In this document: piece by piece, positions 31,802 to 45,370 of the stretch | Position numbering within the stretch: position 1 is the first letter of the stretch | How the letters are laid out: every line of letters starts with the position of its first letter | NCBI RefSeq assembly: GCF_009914755.1 | Contig: NC_060930.1 | Source: the human T2T-CHM13v2.0 reference genome, Homo sapiens | Length of the DNA stretch: 64,000 bases | Reading direction: 5' to 3' (one strand) | The notes under the pieces: generated by a model | Told to the model about the DNA's origin: nothing | The model's input: only the letters and a program-made list of their open reading frames with translations | The model's database searches: none | Translations under genes and position numbers: made by a program

Positions 31802-32989
31802 TCACAACTTATAACAAAAGAGTATGTTTTATTTTCCCATGTGAGCCTATTTTCATTTCACCTTTTACAAAATGGCTGCACATATGATATGAATAATATA
31901 TGAATGTATCTTTATCTGTTCCTTTCCTCTCCTCCTGCGTCTTTTCTCTCACAGTCCTTTAAGCTACCATCCTTCCTTTAAATTATACTTACTTTCTACA
32001 AGTTTTTTTTTTCAAATTCAAGTTTTTCGTGATCAATTATTTTTAAAGACCTCTTAGTGGTACAGATGAATGTAAACAAAATACATTTATTTAAACAACA
32101 GACAGGAGATAATTAGCTACTGTGTACAGGTGGTAATGACAGACTTTTGGAAGAATATAGCAAATAGCAGTTTGTGGAAATTAGTTTTCTTTCAGCTAGA
32201 ATGATTTGACAATCTTTGCCAGAACATGCAAAAATTTTATGAGAGCTAAGTGAAATACTAGCCAATTCTTGCATATTTGCATATCTGACAGCTCCTATTT
32301 TCAGATTTTATTGATGAAATTAAGTACACTAAACAATAAAGTACTTTGGATTTTTTTTCTTTCTAATTTTCACTTGACTTTTTTTTTCTCTCAAAGCTCC
32401 AGCAACGAGTAAGGAAAGCATTTGTTATAATTCTGAGAAAGTATGAAAGTAGGGCTCAACCAGGCTGGTGCTCTATTACCATATGTCTTGGAGGTCCACC
32501 TGTCTCTAGAATACTCATGGACAAGGAAGATTCTGAACAATGGAATAAAATGGGTAATGTGGAACATTTGTTTTTCCTTAGTCAGACTGCCTCAGGGTGC
32601 TTGCATTATTCAGGGTGTGAATTTCTGTTACTTCTCACAGTATTTATGTATCAGTGTTTAGGTATAGTTACCCAAAACATTTCAAAGGCAAATGAGAATT
32701 ACTTCGAAGGAATTGTGCATTAGCCCCACCAATCTATGCTCCATTAATTCAATTGCTTTGTATGAGGGTCTGTGTATTGTAAACCAAACTCCAGTTTCAG
32801 ATTTTCCTGAAGGAATGCAATCTGTCAAAAATCCTGTTTGTGTTTTACCCAAGGTCAAGAACATGATCTCAAGAGAAGGTATTACAAACAACTGGGGCAG
32901 TAATAATGACCTCATGTTATTTTTTTAAACCTAATAAAATCTTATAGATTAATAAAGATTCACAGCTTTCGTGGCATTTCCACGTCCAT

Positions 32990-33430
32990 TTTTTAAAAAA
33001 TTATATAGAAAAGGAAACAGATTTGTAAACACTAAGTGCATTGCCCAAGGTCACTCAACTATTAAACTGTAGAACACAAGTCTTTTGGCTCCTAGTCCTG
33101 TGTTTATTCTAGTACATTAAACAGTAGCTTGAAGAAATAGAGAGACAGAGGGAGAGTGAGAGGAAGGGAGAAGGCAATAAAAGGAAGAGATAAAAGGAAG
33201 AAGGAAATATACAAAAATTTCCATTTGCAGTATTAGATCTATTTGGAACAGACTATGCTTTCTTACTCATCAAATCATTTTAGCATCAAAACAATTCTAG
33301 AAGTTAAATCACTTACATAAGAAGAACTGGAGGCTTAGAGAGGTAAAATAACTAAGCCAGATTATATGGCGAGTAATTGACAGAGCTGAATTAACACTCA
33401 GGTCTTTTGATTAAGTCTAATGCTATTAAA
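32990..33430 (-). mobile_element. Two MIR fragments
   Basis: TTGCCCAAGGTCACTCAACTA (about 33041) and AGAAGAACTGGAGGCTTAGAGAGGTAA (about 33320). Confidence 0.6.
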
Positions 33431-33649
33431 TGCTGTCTTGTTAGCATAGCCTAGCATAATATGTATGTGTGGGTATAGGCATATAAGCCCTCCTAGATAT
33501 CTATAGGCAGGAGAATGATGACAATGAATGTTTATTTGAAGAATTTATAAATGTCTGTGCAAATATTAGAAATAATATCCTAAAAATGTATACATTCTTT
33601 TTTAGTACATTACCTAATATTTAGCCTTACAGGTGATTAGAATGTCATT

Positions 33650-34150
33650 TATTCATCTTTTCAGCCCTCATTTAACTCATGTTAGGCTACAATGCATAAG
33701 CCCATTAAAAATGATTCATTACAGATTCTTCCCACAAACTTATAGTCTAATAGAGGAGCTGAAATGTCCACAGAAATTAATATAAATACAAAGTGCTAAT
33801 GGTCCTAAAAAAGATATGCCTTAGATAATCAAAGATAATAATGCTTGAGTGTTTGTTAAGTTTGGGGATGATTAGTAAATAACTGACTTTAAAGCCACTC
33901 CTGATGTCATGTTCTGTAAACTGAACAATAAGAATGGAGAAAAGAGGACAAACATGAGACATTTTTGAAGTGGAATCAAGGAGTTCAGATACTGAATATG
34001 AGTGACATGGAAGAGGAACTGGTCTAGGATGATGGTAAAGTCCTGAATCTGAGTGCCCAAGAGAATGCAGAGAAACACAAAGGAAACATACATTTAGATG
34101 GAAGAGTAAGAGATTTGTTTTGAGACAGATTGTATTGTATACTAATCAGA
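33650..34150 (-). mobile_element. L2 fragment
   Basis: TTTATTCAT..., CTTATAGTCTAATAGAGG, GAGACATTTTTGAAGTGGAATCAAG, GGATGATGGTAAAGTC. Confidence 0.55.
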
Positions 34151-34688
34151 AAACCAGATGACATTGAATCAATAACACTTATATTTAATATTACATGTTT
34201 TAAAAACAATTTTCCCAATCTTCCATCAGAGACTCTGACTCAAGACGTCGCTGTAATCTTGGAGTTCTTATCACCGTTCTTCTATTGCTTTTTGAGTTTT
34301 TTTCAATTCTATCACTGCAATGTCTCATATCGGTTCCTTTCTCTTTTTTCCAAATACTCCCAGAGTATATTCTAGGTTGCGGGTACAACGAGGTATAGAT
34401 ATGCATACCTGGCTTTTACTATCTGGCTATTTCTCAACCATCAGTTTGCAAGGACTCTAGCTCCACCCATCACAATTTCCTCCTTTCTCTGATATCTTGC
34501 AGTCTAGTCTGCTTTGTAAGCAGCTCCCAGTGGTATTGCTGTCACTTTGTCACTGTTTTAGGCTGATGCTGTACTATTCCCCAGGGCCACTGTGATCACT
34601 TGGCAAGTTATTCAAGGACACATTCTAGTTACTTTTGCTTTGGCCACTACTTGAAGCAGTGCTGTTACACTCTAAATAGGATTGCTTC

Positions 34689-35179
34689 TGTAAACGGATC
34701 ACAACAATCTGGTTCAACTTTTATGTAACAAAGTTGTGACTTGTTTTTCAGTTGTCATGGACCCCGCAGGTTGAAGGTCACATAACCTGAGCATGCCCAG
34801 ATGAACCAAGTGTGCAACCACAGGGGCAACATAAGTGCTCAGACCAAGGAGGGGAGACTGAATTAAGAAGCCCCATTCTGCCACCCCATGGCAAGATACA
34901 GCATCCAATCAGACTGAGCTGTGAAATGACTCCATGGCAGGATCCAGTCAGATCATGCCTCCCAGCATCACCTCATTGTAAGATCCAATCAGATCGCACT
35001 TCATTACCTTATGCTTATAAAAGTCGATTCAAACCCCAGCTCAGGGAGACACATTTGAGCATTTTCTCCTGTCTCCTTGCCAGTTGACTCATAGTAAAGC
35101 TTTTCTTTTCTCGAAAGCTGGTGCCATGGCATTGGTCTCTATGCACATTGGGCAACAACCCATTGATTGCTTGGTAACA
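34689..35179 (+). mobile_element. ERV1-class solo LTR (subfamily not assigned)
   Basis: TG...GGTAACA ends; CCAATCAG twice; CTTATAAAA TATA; AGTAAA poly-A signal; near-TSD CTTC / CTTT. The start could instead be 34663. Confidence 0.8.
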
Positions 35180-37989
35180 CTTTACTGTCCCTCCGTAAAC
35201 AGGTGGGGGCATTGGCTCTGTCTCTGCTATGGTAGACTCTTTCAAAAGGGTCTCCACTGCAATGTAGCTTGGGCCTCAAAGTGTTATTACTTTTGTTAAA
35301 CTTCACTCATACTCAGTTTTACACCCCACAGGGCCTTATATAATTCAGGGTGGGCAGCTATTTGTACTCTCTGCCTTGCCATCTTCAAACCCCATTCCAG
35401 AATCTGACTCAATGTGCTAGACCTCTTTATTTTTCATGAGCTTGCTCCCTGGAGCCTCATAGAAACTCCCTTCCCTTTTTCCTCATCTTCCACATTAGGC
35501 ATTTGGCTTCTGTTAGATTCCTTGTAGTCAAATAAACAAAACAAGGCTGAACCCCAATTGTTGATACAGTTGAAATTCTTTTCTAAGGATGGTGCTTAAC
35601 CTTCACAAGAAGAAGTAAGATTGGATTGGAATTAAGTCATGTCTGCTCATCAATGTCCCATATTCAATCTTCTTAGGGTTAATGGGGATAACTTTTTATA
35701 ACTTACTAACTAAATCTAGAAGAAAAATATCACTTAAAATGCTGCCACCCTGAATTGATTTTTAGCACTTGTTCTCTGTTATATCTTGTTTCATGTTTAG
35801 AAAAATTGAATTAATTTGTCTGTTTTAAAAATATATTTCTCTCTCTCTGTGTATATGTGTATATATATATATGTATTTGAAATAAATTGAGACATGACTG
35901 TTTTTCAGTTATCTTTGTTGAAAGTCAAAAGGCTATAACTAGTCTTCCCTAATGAAGTCCCATTAAAAAGCCAGTAACAGCTATGAGAGTGAAGTCTAAG
36001 TACCAGGGAAGAATTAAGAAGCCCTTCTTGAACTTGCTCTAAACCTCATTCCCTTTTCAGTGGCTGAAATAATTACACTTCTCTTCTATTCAAAGTGTCT
36101 CTAACTGGAGGGGTAGAAAATAGACTGGGGCAAAAGCAGAAAGTGAACCTGAGCTAGTCTAAAATTTATTTTAGTTTAAAAACATCTTGTAAGCTTACTC
36201 TCTGCCATATAAGTATTTTTAAAAATAAAATAAACAATTTAAATAATATTAAAATACTTCACTTTTATCTCCCAGCAAAGTCTGTGATCCAGGCAATTTG
36301 ACCTATATTGATGCCAAAGCTTCAGACATCTTCTGAGGTCCAGGAACTTTAGTTTGAAAGTAATTTTAGATAACCCATAGGAAAAGGTCTGCCAATGAAG
36401 GAGGACTCAGCAATATTTCCACATTTACCTATTTTGATACTTTTCCTCCGGGATATTCTTCCTTTTTTTCTTCTTGTACTTGGCCTTTTTACTCGATTTT
36501 CTCTTGCCTTTAACCCTTTAGAAATGTATTTTTATCTCTTATTGTATAGCCGCTATTTCTATCCTCAACTTTTGCTACTCCTTAGTCAAAGCTTTTCTTT
36601 TCTAATAATTTGAGTTTCCCTTTGCTCCAGCCATTAACTTTTGCTGACTCCTTAGTTTTCAGATTAGACTCCTCTCCGCCACTCATGAAACCTATTGTGA
36701 GTTAAGTTTGCTTTAATGAAACTCCTGTGGCTTTTGTGTCCCGGGATAAATCTAAGGAAATAATGGAAAGCCTAAGAATTCCTTCACTATGACTACTTTA
36801 ATGATAGTGAAAGCAATTTCTACCTGAGCATCAGGGTCGAGGGAAAATATTTTTAAACTGAGTGCTTTCCTACAAGTCACATTTGACATCAAATCATTTG
36901 TTACCTTTCCTGAAGTTGAAGGCCTTGGCTTTATAGACATTTTTTTTTTCTAACAAATATTTGGACATTCCAGCATTCACACTGATGAATTGTCTAGTGG
37001 CTGTACTAGTTAAAGAGAGACACCAAATTCAACATTTTAACCCATAAGGGGACTTTGATGTAAGTTCTCTAGTACATTTCAGCAGAAATAACCATATTGA
37101 ACAGAATCTGTCAATTGACAAGACCTAGCAGAAAGACTGGCTGTAGAAGAGCAGCAAATTGGTATCTAAAGAACATTGCTCTTGTTCAGTGTGCAGTGTT
37201 TATAAAAATATTATCAGCAGAGCACATTTTTAATCTAGTGAAAATTTGGCAGCACCACTGAAATCCTTTCTAGCAGAGCATTCAGAATGACTTTAAATAA
37301 ACAGAGCCAGCAGCCAGGAAATGCAAACTTCAGCAGATTTACTGCAGTAAGTGATAGCTACCAAAAGGCTCTTATCCCTGGTTGGAGTTAAATAATTTAC
37401 TCTTCACTACCATTAAATGTTTTAAAATTATCTCTGTGCATTTATGTGTGTGTGTTTATTTCAGTATAATTATTGCTTCTTGCCACTCTTGATGTTAAAT
37501 CCTGAAAATGGATCATGGTTCTCCCTAGGTTATTAGTATACAATTTACCCTGCAGTGAACTGCCCACTTCCAGAGTGTCTTTAACTAATTAGCAACCAGA
37601 CATCACTAAATACAAATGTTAGAATGGAACCCTTAACTCGAAGGCTTCTGTAAGCATATATGTAAAGCTTTGTTTTATTACTTTAGGTCAAGTTTAATAG
37701 CAAATTCTAACAGCTGGACTGTTCCACATATTTCTGAGTAGCCCATTTTTGTATTTTCTTGTTCATATATTTTTGCTCTTAATTTATTTTTTAATGAAAA
37801 TTAGAAACATAAAATATCCTTTCACATTTTTTCCACCTATACAGAAATTTAACTCTTTTTCTACCTTTCCTTATAAAGACACTTAGGTATTTATCTTACA
37901 CAGAAATAATGCCAAAATCTTGTATTTCAAATCATATTTCAGTTTTATTTATCCAACTTTTGTTCAACAGACTGAAATCTACTAGGCAA

Positions 37990-38410
37990 TGAAGTATAGC
38001 TTTCACATGCATGTTGGGTATTTGATGGGTTAATATATTTGAAGCACATGCAACACTCCCTGGCATGTAGTTCATGCTATACACATGTGTGATGCTATTA
38101 CTACTGTTCTTGTTATTTCATAAGCAAGGCCCAATGAGATGAAATCATTTACCCAATGTGATATGTCCATTAGGAGCATCTAGTTAGTATTTGATTCAAA
38201 GTTTTTACTTGTGATACCTGCTATTGTATTCTGCTTCTCCTATCTTGTTGTGAGGTTATGGCAAGTAAGTACAATTATATCTATTTTACAGATGAAGGAA
38301 TCAGCTCTGAGGAGTTAAATGACTAGTTAGAATTCTTGAGCTTCTAAATCAACAGGTTTGGACAATAGCTTTGCATTTGAATGTCCAGCCCCGTGCTCTC
38401 ACTATGATAC
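37990..38410. mobile_element. Cluster of MIR fragments
   Basis: CCTGGCATGTAG (+ strand); TATTTTACAGATGAAGGAATCAGCTC (- strand). Confidence 0.6.
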
Positions 38411-40670
38411 CAGAAATAGGCATATAAAAGGATAAATTTCAGCCTGTATAATTGCTGAAATAGAACTGAGTTTTAGGCTTGACATGTGTACATTGGTTAT
38501 GTTTATTATTTTAAAATTCACTGCTTAAAAATGCAAAGCTCAAAGTATAATTAAGTATGGTGGGTATTGTTACCTCTTAGCAATATTGCCCACATTAACA
38601 GTGAAGGTTTATTTCCCATATTCTCAGATCCCAGAAATGCTTGTGTGTGAATCAGAGCATACTGGTTAATCTCTTTTATATTGATGGAATGCAATGATAC
38701 TTGTACTTAAAGTATAGTAATAGATTTATACCGAATGATAGTTTTAGTTTCAAGAAAGGAGACCAGTTGTTTGTTTAATAATTGAACTCTATAACTGCAA
38801 AATTCACCATCTACACATATTGTGTGAAGTACTTAGCATACTGGATTTACTTAGTCTGACTGCATAAGAGATGTACCTGTACACATTAGAAAATGTATAC
38901 TTCTAGGCCTTAGAATCTGTAATGGTGGAAAATTTAAGATATGGTTTTAATTTTTATGGCTTAAACAATCAATTTCCCTCTTCTGAGAACTGAAACTCAG
39001 GCTTTTTTATCTTCTAGTCAAATTTATTTTCAGGTTTCACATGCTGGCAGAATGTTGTAAAAATTTATTATGCCCTATCAATATGATAAACATCCTGATT
39101 TTTATTATTTGTTATACCCTCCCTAAAATTCCCATACTATTCCATTAAAATAAAACTCCATATTTTGGCATTAAATTAAGTTGTCATAATTCTTCTTTCA
39201 AGTGTGAAATCACACTGGGTTGCTTTATCTTTTTAATTAAGTGTTAATCAATAGACTTGTATTCTATTTGAACTGTTATAGAAGTTTCTCTGAAGATACT
39301 AACATAACTGCTTATTTGCATTCCCCAGAAACACTGTTTTTTAATGGTCAACAGTGGCCATGTTTGACTGAGCAATGGATTCATATTGATGTGAGCAACC
39401 AAATATGTTTTATTAGGTCATTTCTAAAGGAAGTGGTGATTCAATCTCTTGAAAAAGTAAGAAAAAAAGTTCTCTTCATAATGCCAAGCAATTGGTAAAT
39501 GATGCTTTTTCCTCTGATGGCATATTTCTTTCACTGAGTGTGTTCAATTAATGTTTACCTGCTATCATTTAGACATAACCATGTGCTTTTTGAAAAACTG
39601 GATTGCTAATGCAAGAATATGCTTTTGCATTATAATTTAGCAACCATAATGCCAAAAAGTAAGACAAAACATGATGTCTGAGTTTTCAGCACTGATTATT
39701 ACTTCCCTCAATGTTTTCTTCTAGGAACAACTGTCTGACGGTACCAATAAAAATTGCTAAAAAGCTCACAATTCCATACCTTACATAAAGTCATACTGTC
39801 TTTACCATATCCTCCTTCTCCTCTACATTGCTTTGTCACCTTTTTCTGGGGCAATTTAAAAAAACTTCTAAGATCCTTGACTCTCTTACACGCCCACATG
39901 AATCATACCGAGCATGTTAAATGTTCTTTTCCCCCACGTAATATAAAACTGATACATAACTGCCGTATACTTATAAAATACAGTTGACTAGAGGACATAA
40001 TTTGTAAACCCTATGTATCTTAAAATTTGGTTTTCCAGTTTTCTTTTCATGTTTGTGTTCAATGCATTTTATGTGCGAACTTCAGATATTCCTAATGACC
40101 CTTAAAAAGTTTTAGGGCCCTTGCCCATGGGTCAGTGATGCTAATAATCATCTTTTTTCTTTGCTCTTCTGCCTCTGCTTTACATTTTAGACTCATTTTG
40201 CTATCATTTCCATAGGTCTTTTCTTCATTGTCATTTTCATGATCTCCTGCTCCTTCCCACTCCTCCAAAAATAATCTATTTTTTGACACCTGTATCTTCC
40301 CAAATCTCCACTGCTTGTCACTTCTTTGGGGACATACTTCTTTTATCTCTCTTTCCAGTTGTATTTTCTCATTTATCAGTATGTGTAAATTATGTACTCT
40401 CAGGTATCAGTGTACATGAAGTGCAATCTATATACTTCCTTGGAGAACCATTGTCCTAATGATAGGGGTTTCTTCTCAGGCAAATATATCACCAGTAAAT
40501 ATCTTCTAAACACTTTGTCTATTTCACGTTGTGGTTAATATTTGCTGATATCTATTCTAAATTTAACTATTTTTTCCATTCTCATTCAATAAATCAGCAA
40601 ATAGGCCTTTCGGGCATTATGCATTTTACTAAGTTTGTAAGTATAAATTAAAACTGTTTAAAATAGAGTG

Positions 40671-41052
40671 TGTATTAGTTTGCTATGGTTGCCAAAACAA
40701 AATACCATAGACTGAGTGACTTAAACAGCAGAATTTTTTTTCTTATGGTTTTGGAGCCTGGAATTCTGAGATCAAGGTGTCGGCATGATTGATTTCTTCT
40801 GAGGTCTCTCTTTTTGGCTTGCAAATGGCCGTCTTCTTTGTGTATGTTCACATGGTCTTTCCTCTGTGTGTGTTTGTGTCCTAATCTCCTCTTCCTATGA
40901 AACCAGTCAAACTGGACTGGGGCCCTCTCCAGTAATTTCATTTAACCTTTATGTCCCTAAATAGGTCATTCTAAATACAGTAATATTCTGAGGTATTGGG
41001 AGTTAGGACTTCAACATATGAATTTTGGGGGAACACAGCAAGGTCCATTATG
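40671..41052 (-). mobile_element. MaLR LTR, MLT1A0-like
   Basis: TGTATTAGTTTGCTATGG...AAATACCATAGACTGAGTGACTTAAAC ... TTCAACATATGAATTTTGGGGG; TSD GAGTG / GAGGG. Confidence 0.88.
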
Positions 41053-41782
41053 GAGGGCAATGAGAAATAAAATAAACATCACAATGCACACAACGTTCAT
41101 AAGATCCTGGCAATTGTCATGAAGAGGTGAGATTATAACTCTTACAATGAACTCACTTTGGTGAGTGGAGTATCTCTGCATTTACCACCTATGTGGGACC
41201 AGGCAATGTTCTTTTTCCATTATCACCTGTATCTTGCGAGGGCTCTTGGCCTAGAGTTATATTTATATTAATTTAACAGAAAAATATATATTAGCATTAA
41301 ATTATTAGCTTATGCTTGAAAAAGCCTTTTTTTTTTTGCCTTGTCCATTCATGCCATTCAGTGTCTAAAATCTTGAGATGTCATCTGCTTTGGTAACAGT
41401 GGCTAAAGACAACACATCCTCAAGTTTGTACACAACAGCACCTCCCTTTTCTTCTCCCTGCTGCTCCACTTCTTGTTACTCCAAGTCTGAACCACATAAA
41501 ATAGACAGTATCCTTATCTTGTGGCTACTACAATCAGTTTGGTAAATTCTGGTGCACCTCAGTCCCGTGACGGTCTCCTTCAGTTACTCTAACACAGGAG
41601 AGGTAGAAATTTCCTTTTTCACTCCTTCAAACACAGTACAATGCTGGAAATACAGTAGTAAATGAAGGAGTCAGTATTTATTCTCATAGAAGTTTATTCT
41701 GTTGGGGAGAAAACAAATAGTAAATGGGAATATGTAAGAACTTATGAGAAAGAAAAGTGGCTTTTTGTATTAAAATAACAGG

Positions 41783-42196
41783 ATGCCCATCAATGACAGA
41801 CTGGCTAAAGAAAATGTGGTACATATACACCATGGAATACTATGTAGCCATAAAAACGAATGAGATCATGTCCTTTGCAGTGACATGGATGGAGCTGAAA
41901 GCTGTTTTCTCAGCAAACTAACACAGGAACAGAAAACCAAGTACCACATGTTCTCACTTATAAGAGGGAGCTGAAAAATGAGAACTCATGGACACAGGGA
42001 GGGGAACAACACACACTGGGACCTGTTGGGAGAGGGTGGGTTGGGGAGAGCATCAGGAAAAGTAGCTAATGCATACTGAGCTTAATACCTAGGTGATGGG
42101 TTGATAGATGCAGCAAACCACCATGGCACATGTTTACCTATGTAACAAACTTGCACATCCTGCGCATGCACCCCAGAACTTAAAATTAAAAAAAAA
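41783..42196 (+). mobile_element. L1PA (about PA11-13) 3' end, heavily 5'-truncated
   Basis: AAGAAAATGTGGTACATATACACCATGGAATACTATG ... TAATACCTAGGTGATGGGTTGATAG; near-TSD AAAATAACAGGATG / AAAAAACCAGGATG. Confidence 0.93.
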
Positions 42197-42361
42197 CCAG
42201 GATGAAAGACCTCTATTGATAATTTGACAAATGTTGCTGATGGCACTGTGGGAACAAGATATGGATTTCAAGAGAGGAATATTCTAGACAGAGAAAACAA
42301 TAGTAAAAGAGACCTTAAAAGTCAGGAATGGGAGGTTGCTTTACTTGTTCAAGGATGTGAA

Positions 42362-42680
42362 TAGTCATTTATTCATTCAACAAGTATTTAAAGAATTTGT
42401 AAGCAGCTGCCATGTGTTAGACAGTACCTTAGGTTCTGATTCAAAAAAGAAAAAAATAGATGTAGAAAGGGGAAGTAAGTGAACTTTAATCACATAAATA
42501 TATGTAAAGTTATAATTGTGGTCAGTTTTGTGAAGAGGGATCCAAAAGCAATAAGAACCTCTCACAGGAAAATTTGAATAGTCCAAGCAAATTAGAATGA
42601 GCTTCATGGAGGAAATGACGCTTAAATTTCTTTCTGAAGAATGAGAAGTTGTCTAGGTGAAGAGAACAAATACTGGCTGA
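42362..42680 (-). mobile_element. L2 3' end
   Basis: TCATTTATTCATTCAACAAGTATTTA tail motif; GCTTCATGGAGGAAATGAC. Confidence 0.75.
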
Positions 42681-43929
42681 TATGGGAGTGTGATCAGACA
42701 TTAGCGGTGGAGAGCTTTTTTTTCCCTAAGAGTGGAAAATACCCTGCTGCAAATATCCCATTGAACATTCTAGAGACCTTTTTTTTTTTTTTTTTTCTGT
42801 ATCATTCTGCATTACTACCTACCCTTTGGGGCAAGCTGAGTTGATTTATCTCACTATGTCATTCATAAATCTGGATCGGGCTATTAAAATTGCACTGGGT
42901 CTCCTGTAATTATCGTAAGAGTTTGAATAAGACACCAGGTGAAGAATTGTGTAGTCAGCATGGGGAAGGGGTTTGTCAGGGAAAGTATGTCCTGAGCTGA
43001 GCCTAAAGAGGAAGAGATTTGATGTTAGGACAAATGATTGCTTTGCTCACTGTGGAAAGAGGCACAGGCTTAGAGGAGAGAAACTAATGATTTAACATAA
43101 TTAGCACAAAGCAAACGTGTCAGTTAGTTAGTCCTGGTCCTCATCTTTAAAAAAGGTTGTGGTTATGCCTTTTTCTTGAGTTTCTAATACTCAGAATCAT
43201 CCTGTTCTCTCCTTCCATTTCTTACGTCTACTCCCCAAATCTAAATTGTCGCTGTTTCTCAATCTTTTATACATCATGTGGTCCTTCTTCACTTCCAGAG
43301 AGATCCTTTTCAATGACGCCTCAGTTATCTGTCACTGTCATTACTATAACTTTAAATTGTCAATTATCTACTCTTTCCAAAAGTTTCACCTTCCTTGGGC
43401 TTTTTCTGGATTGATTGTTTCAGTATAATGACTCCGTACCTCGCTCCCTGTAATATGCAATTTAATTAAAGATCATTTTAGTACTATTTTTGTAGGCTCT
43501 CATCTTGAATGTTATCATAAGTTTTTTCAACAAAAAAGCTTATATTCTAAGAAGCAGAATACTTGGCTTTATTTTAACTAGCCATGTGTATTTAAAAAAA
43601 AAACTTGACAAATGAAAGAACTAATAGTCTAGTTTTCTTTTCTGTTATAAGTTTTTGTTTTCTTTTCCCTTCAAGGTAGAACAAAACCATATATAAATTG
43701 CTAATATTTTGAGGGCAAGTGATCTGTTTTATTCAGTGTCCATACTCAGCTTCCAGCCCTTATCGAGGTATATAAAAAATGTTTAATAAATGAATGCATA
43801 CATAATAAATAGGGAAAGGACAAATGGAGAAAGGTCTATATTAAATCTCTCAGTAAAGGCTTGTTGTACCATCATGTCACAGATACCATAATATTTTCTG
43901 TGGGTTCTATTCAGATTCTTTCTTGAAAA

Positions 43930-44093
43930 AGTTCTTTTAAATCAAGCTTTTGTGTGCATCAATATCACATAGAAAACTTGTGAAAGCATAGCTTCTGGGC
44001 CCCATTGTTGATTCAGTAGGTCTGGGATGATTTTTGTCGAACAAGTTCCCATGTGATGCTGTTGGTCTGGGGACCCCTCTTTGAGAATCTCTG
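43930..44093. mobile_element. MER5A (hAT-Charlie)
   Basis: GTGCATCAATATCAC ... TGATTCAGTAGGTCTGGG ... AACAAGTTCCCATGTGATGCTG...GGGGACC...TTTGAGAATCTCTG. Confidence 0.85.
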
Positions 44094-44499
44094 CTTTTAA
44101 TGAAATGTAACGAAAGAACAGGAAGCAAAAAAAGAAGAATGGAAACCCTATTGGTCCTTTAAATGAGAGTACATTTTTCTCTTGCAATTTGGTTCCTCAC
44201 CCTAGTGTGGTTGCTGCATAAACCCTTTTGATATGATTTACTGATTTCTACACTCTTCTTATTCATGGATTAAGATTTTTGAGGGAAGATTAATATTTAA
44301 AGTTTTTTTTTAATAATTGAGAATACATAGACATAGATGATGAAAAGCTGATCAATTTTAACTGCTTCCTGCACAGGTAAAATAATTGCGACTCCTGGGT
44401 TCTTTAGAGACACATGAAAGAAGTGGTTATAATAATTTTACAGATTCAACTAAATAAAGAATAGTGTGCATATAATAATTTCATGAGGTAGCACATCAA

Positions 44500-45370
44500 A
44501 TCGGTGCTATAAAATCAAATCAGCAAATCAAGATGGCTTATTTAACAAATGTATTGAGAAAGTTCGGTAACAACTTATTTTGTTTTATACTATTTATCAA
44601 CATAAATTATAAATAAATAACGATGCAAATATTATATATTTTAAAAAGATGTATAAAGCCACTTGAAGAAAATAAATGTTCATCTTTTAATTTTTTTGAT
44701 TTATATAGCTTATTTATATATTACTTATTTAATCTTAGATAGTGACAATTTTCTTAATGTTAACTTATGAAGGCAACCATAAAAGAAGATTGATAGGTTC
44801 AAGTAAACAAAAACAAATACACAAAAGGTACTCTGTCAAAACCACAATAAACATTGTTGTGGGCAGAGAGGAAAATTATTACAAACATTATAAAGGGCAT
44901 TTTCACTCTGTTACAAAGTCTTGGAGTTTTGTTCATTTTATGACACACTTCAAGTAAGTTATTCTAAGGAAATATTTATGGTCACATATAAAAGTACAAT
45001 GTAAGAGTACATATCACAGAACTATTAATAATAGCAAAGGTTTGGTAACAACACTATGGGGCTGGAAAAATAAATAGAGGGCCTTGATGTAACAGAGTAT
45101 CAAATAGCAATTTAAACGGTGTTATAGAAAAATATTGTTATGAAAAATGTGCAGAATATGATATGTATTGAAAAATATTACTACACAAAATTATACAAAA
45201 TATTCTATTTTGTTTTTAAAATACCTGTTTCAGGACATATCAGATTGGGAAAATATAAACCAAAATTTTAATAGCACTTATCTCTGCATTATTGGATTAT
45301 ATGTGGTTTATTTTCTCCTTTTGACTTACCCGTATTTTCTCAACATTTTATAACAAATTTGTCTCATTCC
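44500..45370 (+). mobile_element. Very old L1ME-like 3' fragments
   Basis: TTATTTAACAAATGTATTGAGA, CTTGAAGAAAATA, TTCTAAGGAAAT, ATCACAGAACTATTAATAATAGCAAA. Confidence 0.6.
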
